Shown: positions 1-9,355 of the stretch, piece by piece
Layout: each line of letters starts with the position of its first letter
Position numbering within the stretch: position 1 is the stretch's first letter
Source: Octopus sinensis
Taxonomy: Eukaryota
DNA: 21,150 nucleotides
NCBI RefSeq assembly: GCF_006345805.1
Contig: NW_021823801.1
Location: 1 to 21,150 of the forward strand
Direction: 5' to 3'
Made by a program: the position numbers and the translations under genes
The notes under the pieces: model-generated
The model's database searches: none
Told to the model about the DNA's origin: nothing
What the model saw: only the letters and a program-made list of their open reading frames with translations

Positions 1-560
1 GTAATACATTAGCCCCTTGTGGGTAATACATTCAAGCAAGGAGAAAAATTCTCAATTAAGACCAACTTCACATGTACTTCCTAGAACCTTCTCTATGTCC
101 TAACCTACTCAGATTGTGGCCGCAATTATGTGGGCCAAACGAGCCTTATTTTCTCACGTTGCATAAAGAACAGGTTCTTTTCCCTCAGTACAAGCAGATA
201 GCCCTGAGCGAACATATCGACAGATGCGCAAGAAATGAAACGCCGAATTTCCATATCTTTCTATTACACCAAAGCAAAGATTCAGTCTCCTTACAAGAAC
301 GCCTAAACAAGGAAACCTGTTCATACAAAAGTACAGATCACATCTTAATATACAAACTTGACCACTTCAGAAGTTATACTGAGGAGTTAGCCGTCCCCCT
401 TGCCACCTGTACCCGCCCTTGGTCCACTCTCTAGACTCATCCTTATTTTTCAAGCATCAAAAATGGCGAGACCCATTTGTCACAAGAATTGATTACTTCA
501 CAAAGTCTCTTGAAAAGCTAATTTAAATATCGAAAACCGGTTAGGTTGGATATCACTACA
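1..560 (+). mobile_element. Decayed Penelope-like retroelement 3' end (GIY-YIG endonuclease relic plus 3' non-coding region)
   Basis: Frame +1 (49-150) reads FSIKTNFTCTS*NLLYVLTYSDCGRNYVGQT, matching the PLE GIY-YIG motif F.C.S.N.IY...C..C...YVGQT. After a frameshift it continues TLHKEQVLFPQYKQIALSEHIDRCA. In-frame stop at 82-84. A degenerate hammerhead 3' half GAAA-ACCGGTT-A lies at 532-543. Confidence 0.8.
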
Positions 561-681
561 TCCATAAAATATGTATATATTTTGAAAAATATTTTGAAAA
601 ATTTCTTTATAAAAAGATATCAAACTATGTGAAACGAAGGCATTTCTCATCCACTTTTTACATGTTTTCCACATATTTTCA

Positions 682-765
682 ATATATATATATATTTGTG
701 TGTGTGTGTGTGTGTGGTGTGTGCATGTATGTATGTATGTGTATGTACGTGTGCATCCTTATATG
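682..765. repeat. Compound microsatellite (TA)n/(TG)n/(TATG)n
   Basis: Directly visible. Confidence 0.95.
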
Positions 766-785
766 TATGACCAAATCCGGGATGG

Positions 786-926
786 GATTCTACGTTGTTT
801 CCGTTCGAAAAATTCACTCATTGGACATTATTCGATCCGAGACTATAAGAAAACAAGTGATCAAGATACCGCAGATGCCGTGCAGGGGGACTGAACCCGA
901 ATCCATGTTTGCGAAGCAAGCTTGTT
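786..926 (-). mobile_element. Old diverged fragment (tRNA head) of the SINE family at 16341-16726 and 18033-18441
   Basis: Shares tttccgt..aaat.cactca, gactata, agatgcc..gcag.gggactgaaccc.aa.ccatgt and gcaagct, in the same order, with the two younger copies in this window. Confidence 0.55.
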
Positions 927-1432
927 CATGACTCACCCAGGTCTGCACCTATATAAATAAATGACGTAGATTTGAATAAGCCATGATTCTGTAGAGTCTG
1001 AAAGGTCGAAGCGGTAGCGACTACAGGTCTCGAACTTAGATCTACCAGTTCACATGTAAGCGGAGCACAGTCTGATCTAATTTCCTCCTCTATAATCAAC
1101 ATACCTTCTGTTGCCATTATTCTCGTCGTCGCCGCCATTTTCATTGTTCTAGTCTATTCTCGTTTCACCTTTGACCTTGTGTGTCCTCTTGTTACTATTG
1201 TCTTCGTTATTCTTTTGTAGCGTCGTTTTACTTTTAACCTTTCGTGTCCTCTTCAGGTCATTGTCCACGTAGTTGCCATCCTCACACTCATTGTTCTCCT
1301 GTAGCTTCATTTCTCTCTTGACTTTGTAGACCAATGATCAAAAGCATACCAACCGTGGCCATCTCATCTATTTTTAATTACACACAGTACAATTAAAATG
1401 GTATTTATTTCATGTGTCCCTTTTTTCTCTGA

Positions 1433-1709
1433 CGTGGTCTGATCAATAAGTATCCGGACTGTTGTCATAGTTATGTAGCTAAGGCACGGAGAGTGAAGCC
1501 ACTAGGCACGGATTGACCTTAAACTTTACTGTGCTTGCTTACTAAATTTTAACAGTCTAGCTCGCTTCCGCTGTTTATAGCTGTGATTAGAAGGAAGGTG
1601 TGTAGCGTGTGAACGTCGCATTGACCATGACAGAGAAATCTGAGCAGAGAATTTGCATAAAAATTTTCCAAAAACTTGGCGATACCTGTTCAGAGACCTA
1701 CGCAAAGTT
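1433..1709 (+). mobile_element. Mariner element 5' end (TIR, 5' UTR, transposase N-terminus)
   Basis: Starts CGTGGTCTGATCAATAAGTATCCGGACTG (mariner-type TIR). Encodes MTEKSEQRICIKIFQKLGDTCSETYAK, matching the mariner N-terminal EQRICIKFC.KLG.T..ETY motif. Confidence 0.85.
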
Positions 1710-2157
1710 TTCAAAGACTTTTAATTTTTCTCGGCACAATCAAGGTGATCTTGTGCAACTCAAACCCGAGTGTCTTTTTGGTCAGCTGAAAGCAGTTTTG
1801 GTACAAACTTGGCAGACACGCGTCTCATACCCAAATTTTCAGCGATAATGGACTGAACTAAACCGTAACTTATCTGCACATCTGATAACTCACGGATGGT
1901 CATTCGACGATTTCCCCACACAGTTTTTCTCAGTTCTGCTGGTTGTGGGTCTCCGAGAACGTTCGTCTATATCGACATGTTTTCGACCATCTTGGAAACG
2001 TCTGAATCACTCGTACACTTGTGTGCAGCTCATACACTCCTCTCCATACACTTTATGCAACTTTCCGCAGGCCTTTGAGCAGGTATCGCCATGACAACTT
2101 TCTCTATCGTAGTCAATGCGACGATCACATGCTACACACCTTCCTTCCAAGCACTGC
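1703..2157 (-). mobile_element. Mariner transposase pseudogene fragment (5' UTR to the start of the catalytic domain)
   Basis: Minus-strand translation, with stops and frameshifts: VYGEECMSCTQVYE*FRRFQDGRKHVDIDERSRRPTTSRTEKN, NRRMTIRELSD, IAENLGMRRVSAKFVPKLLSADQK. These are classic mariner HTH and linker motifs. Its 5' UTR is an inverted homologue of 1582-1640. Confidence 0.9.
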
Positions 2158-2169
2158 TAGTGTACATAT

Positions 2170-2420
2170 TGTTGTTGTTTCATTGTTTTAGCCTTCGAAT
2201 GATGCCACCCCTTGGGCTAAGCGAGCAGGCCAACAGAAGAAAGAGTGGGGGGAAAGAGTGGTGAAAGAGTACAGCAGGGATCACCACCCCCTACCGGAAC
2301 CTCGTGGAGCTTTTAGGTGTTTTCGCTCAATAAACACTCACAACGCCGGGTTTGGGAATCGAAACCGCGATCCTGCAACCGCGAGTCCGCTGTCCTAACC
2401 ACTAGGCCATTGCGCCTCCA
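2170..2420 (-). mobile_element. tRNA-derived SINE, short-tail variant, with 12-bp TSD
   Basis: A box TGGCCTAGTGG and B box GTTTCGATTCC. Head and core are shared with 2910-3296. Ends in a (CAA)n tail. Perfect TSD tagtgtacatat at 2158-2169 and 2421-2432. Confidence 0.9.
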
Positions 2421-2821
2421 TAGTGTACATATACATACATATATGAGTCTAAGAGGCAGAAGGCGCTCAGGAACGTGTAAATATTCACTTGTTCGTCTAG
2501 TATTATCACCACTTTGAAGATGTCAGATTTTGCATTATATTTCGAAGGTAATTCCCACTAGCATTCACCTCCCTATCAGTAGTCTCCCCTTAACGGTAAA
2601 AAAAGTTAGTAGTCGTATTGGTTGCTAGTACTTATCTTATTTTTACTTTTATTTTATGTTGAAATGGTGTAGAAGGGTATAAGCGGTCCTTGTGCCACTT
2701 ATGACCTAGTCTTCTCCCTCACACCTTTTTATTTACTGGTTCATTTCCTCTTCTTTATTTATGTCTGCCCCTGTAACGGTCTTAACTTGCCCTTGGATTA
2801 AATATAACTGACTAATTGTAG

Positions 2822-2884
2822 AGATGGCTGGACGTTGGTCAATTTCATTACAGACAACAGGTGTTTGGTCTCCAGAATATTTCA
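2822..2884 (+). CDS. Weak candidate 63-nt exon
   Basis: ctgactaat branch-like motif, AG at 2820-2821 and a perfect GTAAGT donor at 2885. All three frames are open. Poor pyrimidine tract; no homology recognised. Confidence 0.15.
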
Positions 2885-2909
2885 GTAAGTACACCATTAT
2901 AAAAATTCT

Positions 2910-3296
2910 GTGGAGGCGCAATGGCCCAGTGGTTAGGGCAGCGGACTCGCAGTCATAGGATCGCGGTTTCGATTCCCAGACCGGGCGTTGTGAGTGTTTA
3001 TTGAGCGAAAACATCTAAGTTCCACGAGGCTCCGGCAGGGGATGGTGGTGATCCCTGCTGTACTCTTTCACCCACTTTCTCTCACTCTACTCTTCCTGTT
3101 TCTGTGTTGTACCTGTATTTCAAAGGGCCGGCCTTGTCACTCCCTGTGTCACGCTGAATATCCCCGAGAACTACGTTAAGGGTACACGTGTCTGTGGAGT
3201 GCTCAGCCACTTACACGTTAATTTCACGAGCAGGCTGTTCCGTTGATCGGATCAACGGGAACCCTCGTCGTCGGAACCGACGGAGTGCTTCAATCC
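2910..3296 (+). mobile_element. Full-length tRNA-derived SINE, long-tail variant, with 11-bp TSD
   Basis: A box TGGCCCAGTGG at 2922-2932 and B box GTTTCGATTCC at 2966-2976. Aligns over its full length with 16968-17360. TSD ataaaaattct at 2899-2909 and 3297-3307. Confidence 0.92.
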
Positions 3297-3623
3297 ATAA
3301 AAATTCTATGGGATTCGTTTTGGATAAATATTATTTAGCTCTATTTACGGAATCATAAGTACTATTCGTTTTCTAGGCATATTGGCGGTTCCTGTTCTAC
3401 TTTAGCACTAGGTTTATCCTACTGCTATGTATACACTCTGGTATCCCTACATAAAGGGATGAGCAATAAATTATTTCTGTAGTTCATTTGCTAGTTCACT
3501 CTTTTGCATATCGACTTCAAGCTTCACACTGCAAAATGATATGATTCTAATATATTGAGCTTTCTGGCCTCATCTCGAGGCCCTGTTCTTTCCTCTTCCC
3601 TTCTATTATTTTATGTATTTGTA

Positions 3624-3744
3624 TTCACTCTGATGAAGCTCCATGCACTAGATCGAATGTGCTATAAAGATTGCAAATATTATTTTCGGAATTTTCTTTG
3701 TAAACACCGGTTGACAATCGGCAGCCGAAACGGCCGTAAGAAAT
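3624..3744 (+). ncRNA. Penelope-type hammerhead ribozyme motif with a long loop II (degenerate)
   Basis: CTGATGA at 3630-3636, GCT/AGC stem II, GAAA at 3727-3730, palindromic stem III ACGGCCGT and a GUA cleavage triplet (3736-3738). Stem I is imperfect. Confidence 0.5.
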
Positions 3745-3842
3745 GTTACGTAATGTTATGTTTCATATTAAAAAATAATTAACCGATGTTGGTCAATTTA
3801 TTTGTTTCTTGATCAAAAGATTTCTCCATTTTATGCTTATTT

Positions 3843-3940
3843 ACACACACACACACACCACACACACACACACACACCCACCCACCCCACACCAACCCAC
3901 CCACCCCACACACACATATATATATACATATATGTATATG
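3843..3940. repeat. (CA)n/(CCCA)n/(TA)n compound microsatellite
   Basis: Directly visible. Confidence 0.95.
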
Positions 3941-4076
3941 TTCACACTTATACGCTTGTAGATCGATGAAGGGCAATGATATGTATCTAATAATTACATC
4001 CAATGACAAAGAGTTTCACTGGTTCCTGCACCAACCCGACTCTACTTCTCACTTTTCTAATTTGCATGAAATTGAA

Positions 4077-4107
<31 letters not shown>

Positions 4108-4125
4108 AACAGAGAGACAGAGACA
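4077..4125. repeat. (GA)n/(GAGACA)n microsatellite
   Basis: Directly visible. Confidence 0.95.
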
Positions 4126-4324
4126 CATAGTGGTAAAAGATGTAGGGGGAAGATCTAAGAGCTGTCTCTTTGTCAACATAACACACACATATCGACCCAA
4201 CAGATCTTTGGTGCAACATACGAAGCGCAGATTGAAAGATTGGTGGTTAACCTCTAACCTGGAGTTGATATTAGATAGGATTCACTTCAACAACACGTCA
4301 CCAGATGGTGTCTGCTGGTAATTA

Positions 4325-4340
4325 TGTACATACATGCATA

Positions 4341-4404
<64 letters not shown>
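4325..4404. repeat. (TA)n microsatellite
   Basis: Pure TA run from about 4349 to 4404. Confidence 0.98.
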
Positions 4405-4407
<3 letters not shown>

Positions 4408-4555
4408 AATTGCAGCGTGGAAGGTGTTTATAAGCTAGTCAAGAAACACACAAAAACCGTTAGATTCACTTCAACATTTAAATTTAATTTGTCAAAATAT
4501 TGTCGTCGCTTTGAGACCGCGACTTGTTCACTGATAAAACTTCGTGCAGCACGAA
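4405..4555 (-). mobile_element. Short element abutting (TA)n that carries a hammerhead-like fold with a variant core
   Basis: Minus strand: TTTATCA-GTGAACA-A-GTCGC(GGTCTCAAA)GCGAC-GACA-ATATTT-TGACAAA, giving stem I, core, stem II, a GAAA-like motif and a palindromic stem III. Hairpin TTCGTGC-A-GCACGAA at 4541-4555. Confidence 0.4.
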
Positions 4556-4669
4556 ACCAGCTGGATACTTAAGCGTGCTCATGACTTAGTGTTTGCTTCT
4601 TCCATGGGTATAAGTAAATATTTCATTTATTTCTTACCGTATTTATCGCTGACGAAGAGAAAATTCTTA

Positions 4670-4843
4670 TGAATTAACTCTGAAATTGGGACCGATACGA
4701 TAATAACTGAATTTTTTAGAAATTTCTCTCGGCTTACTTCGAGACGCGTGCTTATAGTGATAAATTATATGGTTATTGACGATTTGTCTATTTTCGGCAT
4801 ATTTGGCATTAGAATTTTCGTCTTTTGCCCTTGTTTATAAGTT
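4670..4843 (+). repeat. Unclassified dispersed repeat, copy 1 (homologous to 18727-18901)
   Basis: Collinear shared blocks gaattttttagaaattt, aaattatatggttat, tttcggcatatttggcattagaa, tttgccctt and tttataagtt. Confidence 0.75.
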
Positions 4844-4920
4844 GTTTATAAATTTAACCTTTAAAGGTATTTTTTAATATGCTGGCCATCGAAAAATTTT
4901 ATCCTATATTAGATATATAT

Positions 4921-5575
4921 ATGTTCTTGGCTTCGCTTTGCTGATGATGATTAGGATGGCTGTTGTCCACGTCGTCTTCAGGCTCATCCGTGGCTGACAA
5001 GGCCGATGTAGGATCGACATATTCGATTGCAGTGATGACAGGGGTATGGTTGTTCAGAGTCTGATGAAACAGCTGTATTTCTTTTACACCTCTGATGTTT
5101 GTCTTGAAGAGAAGAAATGTGAGAGATCTTAAAGGAGGAAACACCATCGCTGACGGTATGGCGCCAAGCGACATGTTTAGCTGCTAGTGTGGACCACTCC
5201 CGATAATCAATGTCACAAATGCGAAGGAACTGCCTCAGATAGTCCTTGTAATGCATCCTTGGTGCCCCTCTAATGCGGTGGCCGATGGTGAGCTCACCTT
5301 ACATGATATTGGGCAGGCGGTGGTTTTTCATTCTGTCAACGTGCCCAGCCTAACGCAGTCGTGTCTTAAGTAAAATGGCTCCCAGGCTGGTGACCTTTGC
5401 TCGCTCAAGGACATCAGTGTTGGTGGTGTAGTCGCTCCAGTAAATGTATAGGATGGCACGGAGGCACCGTCGGTGAATACGATCGAGAAGTCTGAGATGA
5501 TAGAAGTAGGGGACATAGAACTCAGAGCTATATAAAAGCGTCATGAGAACGATGCCTCGGTAGACGTTGACTTAT
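4921..5575 (-). mobile_element. 5'-truncated RTE-type LINE (ORF2 C-terminus and 3' end)
   Basis: VYRGIVLMTLLYSSE...HLRLLDRIHRRCLRAIL.I.WSD...N.DVLERA...LLKTRL, then GHVDRMKNHRLP.I.*GEL..G.R.RGAP...YKD, then a C-terminal CxxC...H knuckle (PCHHCNRICRSYIGLVSH). Stops and a frameshift are present. Confidence 0.9.
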
Positions 5576-5695
5576 GTGCTGTTCTTATAATTGTAATTGG
5601 CAGAAGCTACAAAAGTGAACAAAGGCCGAGAGCCTTGTACATGGCATTTTTCAGGCGGTATATGAAATATAACTGGCGCAGCTAGATGAATTGAG

Positions 5696-5717
5696 CCAAG
5701 GAATTTCAATTCCTTGG
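5696..5717. other. Perfect 10-bp inverted repeat with a 2-nt spacer
   Basis: ccaaggaatt-tc-aattccttgg. Confidence 0.9.
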
Positions 5718-5836
5718 AATTTAAACATACCGAAACTATGCTGATTGTGATCCCTTTGGCTGATGAGAGGATTTCCACGTTTATTTGCCCTTTTCCGTTC
5801 ATCGTTTCCATGTTCCACTTCGATTTTCACGTTGTA

Positions 5837-7166
5837 CATACATGCATACACAGCATGCACACACACACACACACACATTCATACATACATAATACATACA
5901 CACATACCTACATATATGCATACATAAAGGGAAAGAGAGGGGGAGCGAGAGGAACAGAGAGGGAGGGATAAAGTTTTTGGGAAAACTAAGCAGAAAACAC
6001 TGGAATAATTGTGGCACAAAAGAGATAGAGAGAGAACGGGAGAAATATTTGAGAGCAAGAGAGAGGAGAGAGAGAGACAGAGAGATTAGGAGATATGATG
6101 AAAGGGAAGAGAATGTGGTAAAGAAGAAAAGAGAGTGATGCAGATATATAGAGGAGACACGATGGAGACGGGGAAAAGACTGGAGAAGACAATAACACGC
6201 CATTGTGTGTGTTTGTGTGTATGCGTGTGTATGTGTGTTTGTGTATGTGCATATGTGTGTATGCAAGTTAGTGTAGAAGTGTATATATGTGTATGTGTTC
6301 AGTGTACGTATATGTATGTTAATTTATGCGTGGTGTATGTCTGTGTGAGTGTATGTGTGTAATAATAGGTTTGATGCGTGTGAAAGTATGTTAGTGCATA
6401 TACACTCATGCACGCACGCACACACGCGCACACACACACATACACACACACACACGCACGGACTCACACACATATGCTTGCTGATTGTATGCGTATGTGC
6501 ATATGTATGTGTGCGTATGTACGCAAATGTTTCTGTTATATGTTTCTCTGTGTGTGTGTGTGTGTGTGTGTGTTGTTGTGTGTGCATTGTGTGTATGTAT
6601 GGATTTGTTTCTGTGGTGTATATATATGCGTGTGTGCATGAGTACGTACAAATATGTGTATATGCATGTGTGCGTAGAAATACACACACATACACACACG
6701 CACACGCACACATATTCCTATATATGTATTCACACATGCGTATGCACACCAGAGAAGCAAATTCACACATATATACAACGCATATATATATATATAGATG
6801 TCCATATACACCCACAATCATATATACACACATGCTAATGCACATATACACATATACACACATGTGTGTGAGTTTATGTAATGCGTACGGTCACCATGTA
6901 TATGTGTGCATGTACAAATATACATGTATGTATATGTATATAAATACATGTGTATCAATCCGTATGTATAGATGTGTATGTATGTATGTATATGGGTATA
7001 TATGTTTTCCATGTTTGTATGTAATATATCTGTGTGTGTGTGTGTGTGGTGTGTGTGGTATATGCTGACCAATCAGTCACTCTATATCACCGGTGACATT
7101 TAACTTATGGCGCATCGGCCCGAGAGGAAATCGAGCCTAAATGCAGTAATAACTATAGAGTCACAC

Positions 7167-7213
<47 letters not shown>

Positions 7214-7870
7214 ACATACACACATGCACGCATGCACACCCACAAGCACACACTCGCACGCAGTCACACACATAGCTAGATGCCCCTATGTATTCATGCA
7301 AACCTCTATACATATATACATATATACATATACACATACACACACACACACATATATATATATGCTTTTATAAATATATATATATATGCTTTAATCTATA
7401 TATGTGTGTGTGTGTGTGTGTATGAATAGACATGCACTTACACACAAACACGCATGCTCTTACAAACGTATACACCATACATACTCACTTGCAAACGCGC
7501 CCACACCCGTATACATGACGGACATACATGAACATACATAAAAATACACATAGACCCACACATACATACATACATACATACACACTGACACATAGATGCG
7601 CCTATACGCATCCAGTGACTGTCATACAAAGGAAGAGCCACGTATTTACACTCAGCCATACACAAAACCATACGTACATCTGTATACATCTGTACACACA
7701 CGTACACACACACACATACGCACACACACACGCAAATATATGGTGTCTCCGCGCACCCACAACACAGGCTCGAACACATGTATGCGTACACATACATATA
7801 CACACGCATATAAACGCACAAACACTTGTGTTGTCGCATATATATATATATATATATATATATCTATACA
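5837..7870. repeat. Mosaic of CA/TG/TA/GA low-complexity blocks of alternating polarity
   Basis: Directly visible. Interrupted by a unique island at about 7065-7160. Confidence 0.95.
7091..7136 (-). CDS. Weak candidate exon (ARFPLGPMRHKLNVT)
   Basis: Acceptor ttattactgcatttAG| on the minus strand. Only the phase-0 frame is open, and it is compatible with the 9534-9617 candidate. The donor (GTGATA, or GTGACT 10 nt further on) is weak. Confidence 0.2.
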
Positions 7871-7954
7871 CCCGTCGCCACTCACCTACACAACCGTTGT
7901 GAAAATGTCAGGGTTGAAAGGTTCGGGCAAGTAGCTTCAGTGATGGAATGGTCT

Positions 7955-8490
7955 CGGTTGTAGTCGTAGAGTTGGTGGTGGTGGTGGTGGTGGTAGTAGT
8001 GATGGTGGTAGTGTTGGTGGTAGTGTTGGTGGTGACGGTTGTTTTTGCTGTTGTTGTGATGGTGGTAGTGGTGGTGGTAGAGATTACAGTGGTGGTTGAT
8101 GATGATGTTGCTGTTTGTGGTGGTGTGGTGCTTGTGGTAGTTGTCGTAGAGGTGGTGGTGTTGTTTGTGGTAGTTGTCGTAGAGGTGGTGGTGTTGTTTG
8201 TGGTAGTTGTCGTAGAGGTGGTGGTGGAGGTGAATAGTGATGATGGTCTTGTTATAGTGGTAGTGCTGCTGGTGATGGTGGTGGTGGTGGTGGTAATGAT
8301 GGCAGTGGTGGTAGTGGTGGTGATGGTGCTGGTTGTAGTAGTGGTGGTAGTGATTGTGGTGTTGCTGGTAGAGGGGATGGCAACGGCTGTGTTGATGGGG
8401 CTAGTCCTCGTGGCGGCGGCGGTGGCGGTAGTGGTGGTGGTCATGATGGGAATGGCGATGATGGTGGTGCTGATGATAGGCTTGAATGTA
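7955..8490 (+). repeat. Degenerate (GGT/GAT)n trinucleotide block containing about 2.8 copies of a 33-bp unit (8132-8225)
   Basis: The unit ttgtggtagttgtcgtagaggtggtggtgttgt starts at 8132, 8165 and 8198. Confidence 0.92.
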
Positions 8491-8554
8491 TAGCGAGAAG
8501 ACAAATGAAATATTAATGCGACATCATTCTCCCTCAACACCCGCACACTTATTC

Positions 8555-8790
8555 CCCCCCATCATTATCATCATCATCATTATCATCACCACAGCTAACA
8601 CCACCACCACCGGTCCCACCACCCCTACCACTACCGCTGTCTTTGCCACAGCCGCCACCTCTGCTAAATCTGCTGCCACCACCACGCCAATCGCCGCCGC
8701 CGCCGCCGCTGACACCGGCGCTGACACCACCAGTGCCGCCACCATGCCACCATCACCACCATCACCACTTTTCCATCCTCATAATCATTC
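8555..8790 (+). repeat. Degenerate (CAT/CAC/CGC)n trinucleotide block, opposite polarity to 7955-8490
   Basis: Directly visible. Confidence 0.9.
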
Positions 8791-8864
8791 ATTAATGGCC
8801 ACAGCTTTCCTCTCTGCAGAAACTTGGAAAACATTGGTTCTCCTCACCCAACCCACCCCGTCTT

Positions 8865-8868
8865 TTAT

Positions 8869-8902
<34 letters not shown>

Positions 8903-9294
8903 CACGCATCCACACACACACACACACACACACACATGTATCCACATACAAACGCATCGACACACACACACACATACTATACCCATACACATGTATTTGT
9001 GTGTGTGTTTTATATATATATATATATATACATATATATATAGATATATATATGTTCACATACATATACATACATACGTTCATCTCCGCGTCTTTGCTAC
9101 ATACTCTTGCGCATATGCGCATATTCACGCACGCATACACACACATGCACATATATAGACGCACATATTCTTGAACACACAAATCACACACAAACACACA
9201 CACACACACACACATATATGTATATATAATCACACACATATACCCTCATACACAAAAAGTATTTTCTAGTTCATCTTCACGTTCATCTATCATA

Positions 9295-9331
<37 letters not shown>

Positions 9332-9355
9332 ACACATACACATACACATACTCAC
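8865..9355. repeat. (CA)n/(TA)n microsatellite mosaic
   Basis: Directly visible. Confidence 0.95.

Noticed and set aside
937-1340. Minus-strand GTATGT donor (1099-1104), a 12-nt AG/GTGAGT micro-exon (937-948) and short ORFs
   Set aside because: The upstream frames contain stops and lack a credible acceptor. The sequence resembles decayed GAC/AAC repeats, and no homology was recognised.
2910-2985. tRNA-like sequences with A and B boxes (also 2345-2420, 16660-16726, 17285-17360, 18370-18441)
   Set aside because: They are SINE heads. They continue into shared SINE bodies, several have TSDs, and they lack a proper acceptor stem and terminator.
4649-4750. CTGACGA at 4649 with GAGACGCGT at 4741 as a split hammerhead
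   Set aside because: Stem I does not form, and the homologous repeat copy at 18727-18901 lacks the 3' half.
8132-8225. 33-bp repeats (and the 96-bp and 100-bp repeats elsewhere) as a possible CRISPR-like array
   Set aside because: The units are directly tandem with no unique spacers, there are no cas genes, and the context is eukaryotic.
7908-8546. 212-aa Thr-rich mucin-like ORF and the overlapping Val-rich ORF
   Set aside because: Not called as a CDS. Triplet-repeat DNA stays open in several frames on both strands, and there is no signal peptide or domain. Kept only as a low-interest finding.
5651-9239. Dozens of 60-240 aa ORFs rich in CV, HT, YI and MY dipeptides (also at 13030-14326 and 17255-18100)
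   Set aside because: They are translations of (TG)n, (CA)n and (TA)n microsatellites, which lack stop codons by construction.
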